Assembly: GCA_030728405.1 (NCBI GenBank)
Contig: JANQZS010000093.1
Coordinates: 24,263-88,262 of the forward strand
DNA length: 64,000 nt
Source of the DNA: Candidatus Nanopelagicales bacterium
Lineage (GTDB): Bacteria; Actinomycetota; Actinomycetes; S36-B12
Reading direction: 5' to 3'
Part shown: positions 19,467-29,799 of the stretch, piece after piece
Layout of the letters: every line of letters begins with the position of its first letter
How positions within the stretch are numbered: the first letter of the stretch is position 1
The notes under the pieces: generated by a model
Seen by the model: the letters and a program-made list of their open reading frames with translations, nothing else
What the model was told of the DNA's origin: nothing
Databases searched by the model: none
Translations under genes and position numbers: made by a program

Positions 19467-21096
19467 TGTGATCACCGCCATCAGGAGCGGTCGCAGCGGC
19501 ACGCACGCGATCGACGAATACATCGGGCTCGGGTGCAACTTCCTCAGGCATAAGCAACGGCGAACTGCGCACTTCCACGCCGGGAGCCCGTGGCAGTGTC
19601 AGCCGGAAACAGGCACCCTTACCGGGCTCTCCCCACGCTTCCAACCAACCACCGTGCAGCCGTGCGTCTTCAAGTGCAATTGCGAGACCTAGGCCTGTTC
19701 CCCCGGTTGTGCGCGCTCGAGCTGGATCGGCTCGCCAGAACCTACTGAAAACGAGCGAGGATTCACCGGGGCGCAGCCCTACGCCTAAATCTCGCACGGT
19801 TACAGCAACCGAATCGTGATCGCCCGCAAGTTCTACTCTCACACCGCGAGGATCAGCGTGCTCGATGGCATTGTCAAGCAAATTTCGAATGATGCGATCG
19901 ATGCGCCTGGAGTCACACTCCACACGACATGGCCGCTCGTACGAACGAAAACGGACTGGGATTCTCAACCGTGCCGCAAGAGGGGCTACTGAATCAATGG
20001 TTTGGTCGATCAGGGTGGAAAGGTCAATGACACTCACATCGAGATTCGCAACTCCGGCATCGAACCGTGAGATCTCCAACAGGTCTACCAAAAGTGATTC
20101 AAATCGATCGAGTTGGGTTTGCAAGAGTTCAGCAGAGCGAGCAGTCGCAGGATCGAAGGACTCCCGGTCCCCGAACAACACATCTGCTGCCATGCGGATG
20201 GTGGTGAGCGGCGTGCGCAATTCGTGTGAGACATCCGAGACAAACCGTTGCTGGACCCTAGAGAGTTCCTCCAACTGCTCGATCTGGTTTTCTAGGCTCT
20301 CCGCCATTTCATTGAACGATCGGGCCAATTGAGAGAGATCGTCTTCACGTTTAACGCGCATTCGTTCATCAAGGTGGCCCGCACTCAGGCGCCGAGCCCG
20401 TTGGGCTGCCTCACGGACCGGTATAGCCACCTGCCGAGTCACGATGCCGGCGACCGCAGCGAGCAGCACAACCAAAATGAAGCCTGCACCTACAACTGCG
20501 CTACGCACGAGATCAAGGGTCTGTTGTTCCTGGGTCAGCGGAAACAGGTAATACAACTCGTACGGTCCTACTCCAGGAATGGTGAGCGGAGCACCCACTA
20601 CCAAGCCGGGCACTGATCGACCATCAAGGAATCGAATTTCCGAATAGGTCCATGACTGTCTCTTGGTCAGTGAGATCGCTGAGCGCAACTCTTCTGGGAC
20701 AGATGCCACCGCGACCAAGTTCGTTCCACGCTCGGGTGCATCTGTTGACGTTTGCGAGGAGAGCAGGAGCACGTCGAAAGTGGCCGGGGAACCTGCGCGC
20801 GAGGCGAGGATGGAAACGACTGAGTCCACCAGCCTCGACGGTGACGGGGTCGATGGCCCGGTGTCGGCAGCGTCCAGTAAACGCTGGGCCTCCCCTTGTC
20901 CGGCTGCCGACTCCGCCACGGAAATGCGTTCCTTCGCATCGAGCAGGCCCGAGGTGACGCGGGAGAGCAACGAGAATCCCAAGACACCCACCACGATGAT
21001 GGAGAGCACAAGAGTGGTGGCAATGACGCGAAGAAATAGCGATCGACGCCAGATTCGCCTCACCCACCGGGGAAGAAAAAGAAGAACGCGCATCAT
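19459..21096 (-). CDS. mtrB: Sensor histidine kinase MtrB
   Basis: Two TM segments, a HAMP region, the H-box SHELRTPLT, and the ATPase G-boxes GTGLGLAI. Confidence 0.9.
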   Translation of the reverse strand: MMRVLLFLPRWVRRIWRRSLFLRVIATTLVLSIIVVGVLGFSLLSRVTSGLLDAKERISVAESAAGQGEAQRLLDAADTGPSTPSPSRLVDSVVSILASRAGSPATFDVLLLSSQTSTDAPERGTNLVAVASVPEELRSAISLTKRQSWTYSEIRFLDGRSVPGLVVGAPLTIPGVGPYELYYLFPLTQEQQTLDLVRSAVVGAGFILVVLLAAVAGIVTRQVAIPVREAAQRARRLSAGHLDERMRVKREDDLSQLARSFNEMAESLENQIEQLEELSRVQQRFVSDVSHELRTPLTTIRMAADVLFGDRESFDPATARSAELLQTQLDRFESLLVDLLEISRFDAGVANLDVSVIDLSTLIDQTIDSVAPLAARLRIPVRFRSYERPCRVECDSRRIDRIIRNLLDNAIEHADPRGVRVELAGDHDSVAVTVRDLGVGLRPGESSLVFSRFWRADPARARTTGGTGLGLAIALEDARLHGGWLEAWGEPGKGACFRLTLPRAPGVEVRSSPLLMPEEVAPEPDVFVDRVRAAATAPDGGDHNA

Positions 21097-21104
21097 CTGA
21101 TGAA

Positions 21105-21806
21105 TTACGCGGGCCCGGCCTTGTAGCCGATACCGCGTACGGTCAACACGATGTCGGGGTTTTCGGGATCGTGCTCGATCTTGGCGCGCAATCGCTGCAC
21201 GTGCACATTCACCAATCGGGTGTCAGCGGAATGGCGGTAACCCCATACGTCTTGCAACAAGGTTTCTCGGGTGAACACTTGACCTGGTTTTCGGGCCAAA
21301 CACACAAGAAGATCAAACTCCAATGGTGTCAGGGAGAGCACCTGCTCACCGCGCCTGACTGTGTGACCGATCACGTCGATGTCGAGATCTCCGATTGCCA
21401 AACTCGACGTCGACACGTCATCAGTTCGGCGCATCCTCGCGCGGATCCGGGCAACCAGCTCTTTGGGTTTGAATGGTTTGACGATGTAATCGTCGGCACC
21501 TGATTCGAGGCCGACCACTACGTCGACGGTGTCTGACTTTGCCGTCAGCATCACGATCGGCGTACCTGACTCTGCCCGGATGGCTCGGCAAATGTCGATT
21601 CCGTCCCGACCTGGCAGCATCAGGTCGAGGAGCACCACGTCTGGCTTACTAGCCCGAAAAATATCGAGGGCGGCGAGTCCGTCACCGCAGAAGACCGGCT
21701 CGAACCCCTCACCGCGCAGCACAATTCCAAGCATTTCGGCGAGCGCTGCGTCGTCGTCGACGACGAGCACCCGACCTCGAGTAGGACCACCGTTGTGCAT
21801 CGACAT
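21105..21806 (-). CDS. mtrA: OmpR-family response regulator MtrA
   Basis: The receiver domain reads VLVVDDD...VLLDLMLPG...TAK. The winged-helix C-terminus reads VHVQRLRAKIE...TVRGIGYK. Confidence 0.92.
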   Translation of the reverse strand: MSMHNGGPTRGRVLVVDDDAALAEMLGIVLRGEGFEPVFCGDGLAALDIFRASKPDVVLLDLMLPGRDGIDICRAIRAESGTPIVMLTAKSDTVDVVVGLESGADDYIVKPFKPKELVARIRARMRRTDDVSTSSLAIGDLDIDVIGHTVRRGEQVLSLTPLEFDLLVCLARKPGQVFTRETLLQDVWGYRHSADTRLVNVHVQRLRAKIEHDPENPDIVLTVRGIGYKAGPA

Positions 21807-21810
21807 GTGC

Positions 21811-22566
21811 CTATGGTGTCACTTCGGGCAACCCGATGAGCAGAAACACTGCCGCTGGGGCGTTGTTGACCCCGTGAGCGACCATGGCTGCCCCTAACGA
21901 GCCGGTTTTCCAGCGAACAAATCCGAAAGCCAACCCTGGCGCCAGGAGCACAAAGAATCGGGTGGGCTCGAAGTGGAACGCCGCGAAAACCACAGCGGTG
22001 ATGACGATCGTCCAGAAAGCCCCCACCCCCCGGCGCTGCAATGCGCCAAAAAGTAAACCTCGAAAGGCCAACTCTTCAGCAATGGGCGCGCCCACCATGA
22101 TCATCACCGCAAAAATGAATAGGGATGTGAACGAGGCGGACTGGACCAATTCCTCGGCTGCCTCCGCAGCAAGAGATGTGAAATCACCGACGATCAGGGT
22201 TGTGATGGCAGCGACGATGGCGGCAAAAAACAAACCCACGATCCCGGCAAGAACACCCCAACGCACATCAGACCAACTCAACCGAAGGTGCAAATCGATA
22301 CGTGGGCCATTCCCCCACCGCGAGGTGGCGAACAGCGGCCAGCCGGCCAGTAGCAGCCAGGGGGCAGCCGATCCAACAATGATCAATACCCCAATCGGCG
22401 CAGCACTAACGATGAGGGCCAATCCAACGATGAGTCCGAGGATTTGAGCGCCGGCGAGACACACCACCGCATCCCACAAACCCCATTGACGCCGGATCTT
22501 GAGGGACTGCTCGTTAATGACTGCCTCCACTTTGTGAGTCTCGCTCATATCGAAGTTACCAGCCAA
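21811..22566 (-). CDS. CPBP-family intramembrane glutamic endopeptidase (CAAX protease-like)
   Basis: The protein is multi-TM. The family motifs are EELAFRG, FAAFH and HGVNN. Confidence 0.8.
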   Translation of the reverse strand: MAGNFDMSETHKVEAVINEQSLKIRRQWGLWDAVVCLAGAQILGLIVGLALIVSAAPIGVLIIVGSAAPWLLLAGWPLFATSRWGNGPRIDLHLRLSWSDVRWGVLAGIVGLFFAAIVAAITTLIVGDFTSLAAEAAEELVQSASFTSLFIFAVMIMVGAPIAEELAFRGLLFGALQRRGVGAFWTIVITAVVFAAFHFEPTRFFVLLAPGLAFGFVRWKTGSLGAAMVAHGVNNAPAAVFLLIGLPEVTP

Positions 22567-22585
22567 ACCTGCCTAGGATGAGGGC

Positions 22586-23185
22586 ATGCGCAGCTCAATT
22601 CACCCGACCAAAGAGCGATTGATCCTTACGACCGTACAACTGATGGGCGGGGAACACCCCGACAAAGTTCATGTGGATCAGGTGCTCGCGGTGTCGGGCA
22701 TTTCGAAAGGCTCGCTCTATCATCACTTTGAGGACTTCAGCGAGCTGATCGAATCGGCGCTCATCTACCGATTCAGTGTCAATGTGGATCGCAATATCGA
22801 CGCAATCACCAACCTTGTTACAAGCGTCAACAACCGCGATGACTTCTTCCTCGGCTTGGCCCAAATCACCATCAAGACTCAGGGAGTTGAACTTGCTCAC
22901 ATCAGGTTCGAGCGGGCTAGAGCGCTAGGCATTGCCGGCAATAGTGATCGTTTCCGTGCGAAACTGGGTGCGGAGCAGCAGCGCGTAACCGATGCCCTCA
23001 CCGATCTCTTCCGCGAAGCTCAGTCAAAAGGGTGGCTCAATTCCGAGTTTGACCCGCGGGCAGCCGCAGTATTTATTCAGGCCTACACCCTCGGCAAAGT
23101 TGTCGACGACGTCACTCCAGACCCGATGAGCCACGAAGCGTGGATCGCCCTCATCGCCAGGGTTACAGAAAAGGTCTTCGGTTAA
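22586..23185 (+). CDS. TetR-family transcriptional regulator
   Basis: The N-terminal helix-turn-helix reads VDQVLAVSGISKGSLYHHF. Confidence 0.85.
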   Translation: MRSSIHPTKERLILTTVQLMGGEHPDKVHVDQVLAVSGISKGSLYHHFEDFSELIESALIYRFSVNVDRNIDAITNLVTSVNNRDDFFLGLAQITIKTQGVELAHIRFERARALGIAGNSDRFRAKLGAEQQRVTDALTDLFREAQSKGWLNSEFDPRAAAVFIQAYTLGKVVDDVTPDPMSHEAWIALIARVTEKVFG

Positions 23186-23190
23186 ACGCC

Positions 23191-23226
23191 GACGGGGCGC
23201 TCCCCATTTTAGGAGAACGCCCCATC
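23191..23226. terminator. GC-rich imperfect hairpin between the convergent TetR and ahcY genes, a candidate bidirectional terminator
   Basis: GACGGGGCGCTCC (23191-23203) pairs with GGAGAACGCCCCATC (23212-23226). That gives 4+6 bp with a 2-nt bulge and an 8-nt loop. There is no clear U-tract on either strand. Confidence 0.4.
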
Positions 23227-23246
23227 GGGATCAATGACTGTGCGGA

Positions 23247-24704
23247 TCAGTAGCGGTACGCGTCAGCCTTGTACGGGCCGGCGACGTCAACACCGAGGTA
23301 CTCGGCCTGAACCTTCGACAGCTCCGTGAGACGAACGCCCAGTGCGTCGATGTGCAGGCGCGCGACCTTCTCATCCAGTGCCTTCGGCAGCGTGTAGACG
23401 CCGAGGGGGTACTGGTCGAGCTTCGTGAATAGCTCGATCTGCGCGAGAACCTGGTTGGTGAACGAGGTGCTCATCACGAACGAGGGGTGACCGGTTGCGT
23501 TGCCGAGGTTCAGCAGGCGACCCTCCGACAGCACGATGATCGAGCGGCCGTCGGGGAACGTCCACTCGTCGACCTGTGGCTTGATCGTCTTGCGGACGAT
23601 GCCGGGGATTGCAGCAAGGCCGGCCATGTCGATCTCGTTGTCGAAGTGTCCGATGTTGCCAACAATCGCCTGGTGCTTCATCTTCGACATCTGCTCTGCC
23701 GTGATGACGTCAAAGCAGCCCGTGGCGGTGATGAAGATGTCAGCGGTACCGATTACGTCGTCGAGGAGCGCCACCTGGTAGCCGTCCATGGCTGCCTGGA
23801 GTGCACAGATCGGGTCTACCTCGGTGATGATCACGCGCGCGCCCTGGCCGCGGAGCGAATCGGCAGAGCCCTTGCCCACATCGCCGAAGCCGCACACGAC
23901 AGCAACCTTGCCGCCGATCATGGTGTCGGTAGCGCGGTTGATGCCATCGATGAGGGAGTGGCGGCAGCCGTACTTGTTGTCGAATTTGCTCTTTGTGACC
24001 GAGTCATTGACGTTGATCGCCGGGAACAGCAGCGAGCCGTCACGCATCATGTCGTAGAGGCGAAGGACGCCAGTGGTCGTCTCCTCGGTCACGCCCTTGA
24101 TTCCGGCAGCGATGTTCGTCCAGCGCTGCGGATCTTCCGTCAGAGTGCGGCGCAGCGTGTCGAGCACGACCGCGTACTCCTCAGAGGTAGAGCTATCGGC
24201 ATTGGGAACCACGCCGGCAGCCTCGAACTCCATGCCCTTGTGCACGAGCATCGTGGCGTCGCCACCGTCGTCGAGGATCATGTTCGGGCCCTTGCCATCT
24301 GGCCACATGAGCACCTGCTCAGTGCACCACCAGTACTCAGGAAGGGTCTCGCCCTTCCATGCATACACGGGCACGCCACTCGGTGCATCGATTGTGCCGT
24401 TCGGGCCCACAACTACTGCAGCTGCCGAGTGATCCTGGGTGGAGAAGATGTTGCAGGACACCCAGCGAACATCGGCACCCAGCTCGACGAGGGTCTCGAT
24501 AAGCACTGCGGTCTGAATGGTCATGTGCAGCGACCCGGTGATGCGAGCCCCCTTGAGGGGCTTGGACGCGCCGAATTCCGAGCGCATGGCCATGAGGCCA
24601 GGCATTTCGTGCTCGGCGAGACGAATCTCGTCGCGACCGAAATCGGCTAGGGATAGATCGGCAACCTTGAAATCAGGGGTGCCGTCGGCCTTGAAAACTG
24701 ACAT
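23247..24704 (-). CDS. ahcY: Adenosylhomocysteinase
   Basis: 485 aa. NAD-binding [17 protein letters not shown] is present, and the sequence is SAH-hydrolase-like throughout. Confidence 0.97.
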   Translation of the reverse strand: MSVFKADGTPDFKVADLSLADFGRDEIRLAEHEMPGLMAMRSEFGASKPLKGARITGSLHMTIQTAVLIETLVELGADVRWVSCNIFSTQDHSAAAVVVGPNGTIDAPSGVPVYAWKGETLPEYWWCTEQVLMWPDGKGPNMILDDGGDATMLVHKGMEFEAAGVVPNADSSTSEEYAVVLDTLRRTLTEDPQRWTNIAAGIKGVTEETTTGVLRLYDMMRDGSLLFPAINVNDSVTKSKFDNKYGCRHSLIDGINRATDTMIGGKVAVVCGFGDVGKGSADSLRGQGARVIITEVDPICALQAAMDGYQVALLDDVIGTADIFITATGCFDVITAEQMSKMKHQAIVGNIGHFDNEIDMAGLAAIPGIVRKTIKPQVDEWTFPDGRSIIVLSEGRLLNLGNATGHPSFVMSTSFTNQVLAQIELFTKLDQYPLGVYTLPKALDEKVARLHIDALGVRLTELSKVQAEYLGVDVAGPYKADAYRY

Positions 24705-24787
24705 GCATAACTCCTCGAAGACGCGCCCTTGTAGGGCGGCGATTAGGCGGAGCGAACGTCACGAGGCTTCGATGGTTCGCGATGGGT

Positions 24788-24809
24788 GCGATCTCCGCAA
24801 AGAGATCGC
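24788..24809 (-). promoter_or_regulatory. Perfect 8-bp stem hairpin within the 232-bp region upstream of ahcY
   Basis: The plus strand reads GCGATCTC-CGCAAA-GAGATCGC. A flanking GATGGT/ACCATC pairing encloses it on the ahcY-sense strand. Confidence 0.35.
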
Positions 24810-24936
24810 CGCGACGGAAACCAGGGCTCCGGACCATCAACGACACCCTCAGTGTGCCAGATATCCCAGACTTTTGCACACGGGCACGCCCCAATACGGA
24901 TTTAACCGTGCCCCCGACCCTCAATGGGGCAGATGC

Positions 24937-26010
24937 TCAACGAGGAAGATGCTCCACTACGGCGACCACTCCTGCTGTGCTGACCAGCACCGCAGGTTCC
25001 TCGGCACTCAACACTGCTGCTTCGCCTTGCTGCAGCGAGATGGTGGCACCACCACCGTGCGCTCTGACGCTCGCTTCACTTTCGAGTGCAAGCACGAGAC
25101 GGAACGCCCCCGATTCGAGTTGGGTCTCATTCGATGTGATCGTGGCGGCAAAGGGTGCTCCGGCAGGAGAAATCCGCTCGCCGAATTCGGAAGTGAAGAT
25201 GACTTCGTCGGGAGAGTTCGTTAAAGCAGCGAGTGCGGCTTCTACAAAAACGGGCTTGGGTGTCAAGCCGAGTCGAACGACATTGTCTGAGGAGGTCATG
25301 ACTTCAAGACCAAGGCCGCGGATGTAGCTATGCGGCACTCCGGCCGGCACGAAAATTGCATTGCCAGGTGCCAGCGCGCGGTATTGCAACAACACTGTGA
25401 CCAGTAAGCCCGGATCGCTGCGGTACAACTGCGCGACTGTTCCATATGCATCCACCTCAGATGAGTTCATCCCCAAGGCTCGCAAGGCGGAGACCAGTTG
25501 TTCCCCTCGACCTTCGTGGTCAATCGCCCGAAGAGCTGGGATAGCGGCAATCGGGCCATCAGTTTCAAGGATCGGGCGGGCGAGTTCGGTGCCATCAATC
25601 TGGGCCAAAATCGCTAACGCCTGCTCACGATCTCGCCAGCCAGCAAACACCTCAAACTCTTCGATCGCAACGAGCAACTCAGTTTTTTCATTGGCATCGG
25701 AGTACACCTGATCCGAACCAGGTTGCGCCTGTCGTTCAAAAGAGACTTTGGCTAACTGCGCATCCGGGTGCACCTGAATGGACAGCGGTTGCGCCGCTGC
25801 CAGCAATTTGGTGAGCAATGGGACCTCGTTAGGCGATAGAACCGCATCGAGAGTGACCGGCTGCCCCACCAGCGGCGAAGGAGCCCCAGGATGCGAGCCG
25901 AACCATAACTCGGCCTGCGGCGCGCCTGTGCGCTCCCCCGACCATGCGACTAAGCCGTCTGGGACCCCCCACGCATAGTCCTTGAGCGCGCCACGGATGA
26001 CCTCAACCAC
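24937..26010 (-). CDS. manA: Mannose-6-phosphate isomerase, class I
   Basis: Motifs KDYAWG, LSIQVHPD and VPAGVPHSY. I chose the GTG at 26010 because the longer listed ORF (to 26148) would overlap the Trm112 gene. Confidence 0.85.
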   Translation of the reverse strand: MVEVIRGALKDYAWGVPDGLVAWSGERTGAPQAELWFGSHPGAPSPLVGQPVTLDAVLSPNEVPLLTKLLAAAQPLSIQVHPDAQLAKVSFERQAQPGSDQVYSDANEKTELLVAIEEFEVFAGWRDREQALAILAQIDGTELARPILETDGPIAAIPALRAIDHEGRGEQLVSALRALGMNSSEVDAYGTVAQLYRSDPGLLVTVLLQYRALAPGNAIFVPAGVPHSYIRGLGLEVMTSSDNVVRLGLTPKPVFVEAALAALTNSPDEVIFTSEFGERISPAGAPFAATITSNETQLESGAFRLVLALESEASVRAHGGGATISLQQGEAAVLSAEEPAVLVSTAGVVAVVEHLPR

Positions 26011-26191
26011 GCGGCGGGGTCGCTTCTTCGATGAGCATGACCGGAACGCCATCACGGATGTCGTAGCGGCGCCCGCACTCCACGCACACGATCTGACCTG
26101 AAGCCAGATCGGCTTCAACCCGTCCGTGATCATCAGCAGGGCAGGCAAGCACTTCCCACAGCTCCACCGGAAGCCCGAGCGGACCCATCAC
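26003..26191 (-). CDS. Trm112-family small zinc-ribbon protein
   Basis: 62 aa: LACP...CVECGRRYDIRDGVPVMLIEEA. Confidence 0.75.
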   Translation of the reverse strand: MMGPLGLPVELWEVLACPADDHGRVEADLASGQIVCVECGRRYDIRDGVPVMLIEEATPPRG

Positions 26192-27585
26192 GCACCTGCC
26201 CTCATCATCGACAACACATAGTCACGAATCTGCTCCATCTGTGACGCATCAGCGGCTTCAACATTAAGTCGGAGAAGTGGTTCGGTATTGGAAGCACGTA
26301 CGTTGAACCACCAGTCGCCACCGTCAATGGTCATCCCGTCGAGTTCGTCAACCATCACGCCATCCTTGGCGGCATACGCTGCCCGAATGCGATCCACTGC
26401 ACTCTGTTGATCCTGCACCTCGGTATTGATTTCTCCGCTTGGTGAATAGCGCAGGTACGGGGTGAGCAGCGAGGAAAACGTGGTGCCTACCGGTGACTCC
26501 CCGAGGGCTGCGATCGCGTGCAAGGCAGCCAGCATGCCCGAATCCGCTCGCCAAAAATCGCGGAAGTAGAAGTGCCCAGAGTGCTCGCCACCGAAGATCG
26601 CATTGGTCTCGGCCATCGTCGCCTTGATGAACGAGTGGCCCACACGAGTGCGAACAGCAACGCCACCGTTTTCGACGATCACTTCAGGAACCGTCTTTGA
26701 CGTAATCAGATTGTGGATGATCGTGGAGCCGGGGTGCTTGGCGAGCTCACGTTGCGCGATGAGTGCTGTCAGCGTAGACGGACTCACCACTGTGCCGTTC
26801 TCATCCACCACAAAACACCGGTCGGCGTCGCCATCGAATGCAAGACCCAGGTCAGCCTTTTCGGAGAGTACTCGGGCTTGGAGGTCAACGAGGTTCGCAG
26901 GCTCAATCGGATTTGCTTCATGGTTGGGGAAAGAGCCATCAAGTTCGAAGTACATCGGCACGATGGTGAGCGGAAGGGATGGCAAGCCGGCAGCATCTTC
27001 AAGGACCGCGGGAACGGTGAATCCACCCATGCCATTACCTGCATCGACAACAACCTTGAGATGACGCACCTTGCTGACATCTACGAGCTGGCGCAAGAAC
27101 ATGGCGTAATCAGTCAGCATGTCTTGCTCACGCACTTCACCTATGCGACCTTCATATGCGGGTATTCCATCAATGATCATGGCCTTGATGTCGCGTAGGC
27201 CCGAATCCTGACCCACCGGGGCCGCACCAGCACGGCACAATTTGATGCCGTTGTATTGGGCCGGGTTATGGCTCGCGGTAAACATCGCACCAGGCAAGTT
27301 CAACCGGCCCGATGCGAAATAGAGGCCGTCTGTGCTGGCCAATCCGATCAACACCACATCGCAGCCCTGCTCGCGCACGCCCTCAGCGAATGCTGCAACC
27401 AGATCCGGGCCAGATGGTCGCATGTCGTGACCGATGACTACTGCCCCTGCACCGCCATCTTCAGCCCTGATGCCCAACACCCGCACAAAAGCTGCCCCCA
27501 CATCGTGGGCAAGGTCCGCATCGAGCTGATCAGGGAAAATGCCCCGGACGTCGTAGGCCTTGATGATGGAATCTAGATCGCGCAT
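26188..27585 (-). CDS. manB: Phosphomannomutase/phosphoglucomutase
   Basis: The phosphoserine loop is TASHNP, the metal loop is FDGDADR, and GEHSGH is present. Confidence 0.92.
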   Translation of the reverse strand: MRDLDSIIKAYDVRGIFPDQLDADLAHDVGAAFVRVLGIRAEDGGAGAVVIGHDMRPSGPDLVAAFAEGVREQGCDVVLIGLASTDGLYFASGRLNLPGAMFTASHNPAQYNGIKLCRAGAAPVGQDSGLRDIKAMIIDGIPAYEGRIGEVREQDMLTDYAMFLRQLVDVSKVRHLKVVVDAGNGMGGFTVPAVLEDAAGLPSLPLTIVPMYFELDGSFPNHEANPIEPANLVDLQARVLSEKADLGLAFDGDADRCFVVDENGTVVSPSTLTALIAQRELAKHPGSTIIHNLITSKTVPEVIVENGGVAVRTRVGHSFIKATMAETNAIFGGEHSGHFYFRDFWRADSGMLAALHAIAALGESPVGTTFSSLLTPYLRYSPSGEINTEVQDQQSAVDRIRAAYAAKDGVMVDELDGMTIDGGDWWFNVRASNTEPLLRLNVEAADASQMEQIRDYVLSMMRAGA

Positions 27586-27594
27586 GCCGTGATG

Positions 27595-28032
27595 CTACCG
27601 ATCGAGGTCGAAGAGACCCTCGTCTTCGGTGTTTGCGCTCTTTTCTCGGTCTGGATTCTCTGAGTAGTAAGACTCAACGGACTGCAGTACACGCAAATGG
27701 CCCTTCCGGGCGACTTCAACCGAACCCGAGGGGGGTGCAACCTGCGCATCGGGCTCATATCGCGGCCGCGCCGCTTCTCGGACGGCGTTGGCTAAGGCCT
27801 CGAGATCGTCGCTACTCGGCTTGAGAGCATCGGGATCTGGAGTGATCCGCACAATCTCCCAGCCGCGCGGAGCGGTGAGGCGCTCGCTGTGCATCTGACA
27901 TAGGTCGTAGCAGTGAGGTTCGGCGTAGGTGGCCAACGGACCAAGCACTGCGGTGGAGTCTGCGTAGACGTACGTGAGCGTTGACACGGCGGACCCACTG
28001 CACGATGGCTTGGAACAGCGTCGGCGACTCAC
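27595..28032 (-). CDS. DUF3499-domain protein (Rv3258c-like)
   Basis: RRRCSKPSCSGSAVSTLTYVYADSTAVLGPL...PHCYDLCQMHSERLTAPRGWE. I chose the GTG at 28032 rather than the listed longer ORF. Confidence 0.7.
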   Translation of the reverse strand: MSRRRCSKPSCSGSAVSTLTYVYADSTAVLGPLATYAEPHCYDLCQMHSERLTAPRGWEIVRITPDPDALKPSSDDLEALANAVREAARPRYEPDAQVAPPSGSVEVARKGHLRVLQSVESYYSENPDREKSANTEDEGLFDLDR

Positions 28033-28089
28033 AATCCCGCACGTTAGCGGCCAACACGTGCCAAAGAAGGCAGGGCGCGCCGTCAGCAA

Positions 28090-29799
28090 TTAGCGAAGGG
28101 CAACGGACTGTTGATATTGCGCCACGGGTACCGAGACTTGCGTGCGAAGCGGAGTCCATGGGTAACCAGTGACCAGATCCCCGAATCGCGACTTTTCGCG
28201 GATTCGGTGCGCAACGAGCACCGGACCAGATCCTGCTACCGGAGTGACCACCGCCGTGAACCATTCGACGCCAGCAGGTGCATTAAGCGCGAAGTTCTTC
28301 ATCTCACCCGCCTTGATCACCACCCGACGAGGTGGAGTTGGCTCAGCAACTTGGCGAGCGCCCCGGAAAGGTAACAGCACAACATCAACCGTGGCATCAC
28401 TCTCGGGAGCAGTCACATAGAGACGAACATCAGTGGCATCGCGAACAGGGAATCCGCTCACCGCTGAAGTTGCAGTGAAGGGCTGGGCGCCGGCAGAGAA
28501 AGAAGTTTCATCTTGCACGCGCGTGCCACCAAAGAATTGTCGCATCCCCGCCACGATCGGTTGATCCGAGATGAGTTCTAATGTGGCGCCGGAAAACCCG
28601 TCCGGATTCGGTGGCATCACAGAGGACATATCCATCGTTGCCACTGCGCCAGCAGGGACGATGAGTTGATTGCGTTCAAACGGTTCGTAGGCACCCTCTG
28701 CCGAAAAGAGACGGATAGAAACGATGGCATCGTTGTCAGAAGTTGAAACGACCGAAAGAACTCGGGCTTTGTCGCCAGGAAGTACACCTGGCACGTACAC
28801 TTTTGTTGCCGGTGGCGCTGATTGCGGAATCCAGTCGACGCCAACCGACTGCAAACCACTCCTCTGTTCGTCATCAACTGATGCACCGATGCGTCCCGTT
28901 CGGGCGATCACATGGAATGCAGTTGCGGTGATACCCGGTGCCAACACATCGAGTCGAATGACCGAGCGGTCTTGAGCGGGGATGACCAAACCTCGACTTG
29001 CCGGTGCGTCAACAATCCCCTCAGGTCCATGGATGATCACATCGACAACGGCTGCGGTGTCATCTGGATTGACCAGCACAACCTTGGTTTGGCGGCCGGC
29101 CACCGCACCGCCACCCGCAAACCAGAACTCCGAGGCGGCTGGGCCGCACGCGGTGCTGGCGAGGCCACGGCCTTGACCGCTGGGATCGCGGCCCCACTGA
29201 TCTGCAACGAGTCCGGGAGCGAGCGAACCCTCGCCGAAAGCGCGAATAGCCGGCAGCCTGGCACCGAACGCCTCGATCTGCGCCTGACTGCCGGGCTGCC
29301 GAAGTGTCGCCCTTGCAGACTCCTTGCCCAGCAATGTTTCTAGCCCCGCCCTGCCTGGTCCCACCGCTTGACCGGGCTGCCCGGGGATAACCGCAGCAGT
29401 GACCCGCACCCCGAGGTCACCACCAGACCCAGGCTCGGGACAGATCAGCACGGAAGACTGAATGGGTTCAAGAGTCACCGCGGCTGCTGTTTCGGTCGAA
29501 TCATCGGCGCGCACAAAGGTGCCCAGAACCGAGATGACGACCACGGACGCAGCGACCACAGCGATAGGCCGCCACCACAATGGCGGTCGAGGCTCACGGG
29601 GCGCTTGCGGCGTGCGCGGGTTTCTGCTCCTACGCAACCTGCGTCGTCGTTCTTCTGACTGTGCAGCCTCGCGTTCGCCCTCTTGAGTGCCATATTCATC
29701 AATGAGTCCGATGACCTGATCGTCAGCTTCTGCCGATGAGGGAATAATCGCACGACTCTCTAACACGACTTTCTTTCGAGATCCTCTTCCAAAAATCAT
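28090..29799 (-). CDS. Secreted or membrane-anchored protein of unknown function, probably DUF5719 family
   Basis: 569 aa with a basic N-terminus, one TM helix, and then a long beta-rich region. Its 4-nt overlap with the upstream GT2 gene and its position match the conserved actinobacterial cluster. Confidence 0.5.
   Translation of the reverse strand: MIFGRGSRKKVVLESRAIIPSSAEADDQVIGLIDEYGTQEGEREAAQSEERRRRLRRSRNPRTPQAPREPRPPLWWRPIAVVAASVVVISVLGTFVRADDSTETAAAVTLEPIQSSVLICPEPGSGGDLGVRVTAAVIPGQPGQAVGPGRAGLETLLGKESARATLRQPGSQAQIEAFGARLPAIRAFGEGSLAPGLVADQWGRDPSGQGRGLASTACGPAASEFWFAGGGAVAGRQTKVVLVNPDDTAAVVDVIIHGPEGIVDAPASRGLVIPAQDRSVIRLDVLAPGITATAFHVIARTGRIGASVDDEQRSGLQSVGVDWIPQSAPPATKVYVPGVLPGDKARVLSVVSTSDNDAIVSIRLFSAEGAYEPFERNQLIVPAGAVATMDMSSVMPPNPDGFSGATLELISDQPIVAGMRQFFGGTRVQDETSFSAGAQPFTATSAVSGFPVRDATDVRLYVTAPESDATVDVVLLPFRGARQVAEPTPPRRVVIKAGEMKNFALNAPAGVEWFTAVVTPVAGSGPVLVAHRIREKSRFGDLVTGYPWTPLRTQVSVPVAQYQQSVALR

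Noticed and set aside
22567-22585. A very short (19 bp) divergent gap between the CPBP protease and TetR genes, considered as a shared operator
   Set aside because: The gap is probably an artefact of start-codon choice. The CPBP gene may begin at the internal MSETHK (22548). The sequence is too short for me to see a palindrome with confidence.
23487-24650. A 387-aa ORF on the plus strand, antisense to ahcY. Similar long antisense or out-of-frame ORFs occur at 33908-34882, 14045-14845, 3601-4245, 15722-16318, 56116-56757 and 59657-60277.
   Set aside because: Their translations are Arg/Ala/Gly/His-rich with no recognisable motifs. Each lies entirely inside a confidently identified gene on the other strand. 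This is the usual stop-codon-poor artefact of high-GC DNA.
24705-24936. SAH riboswitch upstream of ahcY
   Set aside because: I could not find the conserved pseudoknot-forming GAGCGC / GGCGCUC elements of the SAH riboswitch as I remember the consensus. Only generic hairpins are present. An Infernal scan with RF01057 would be decisive.
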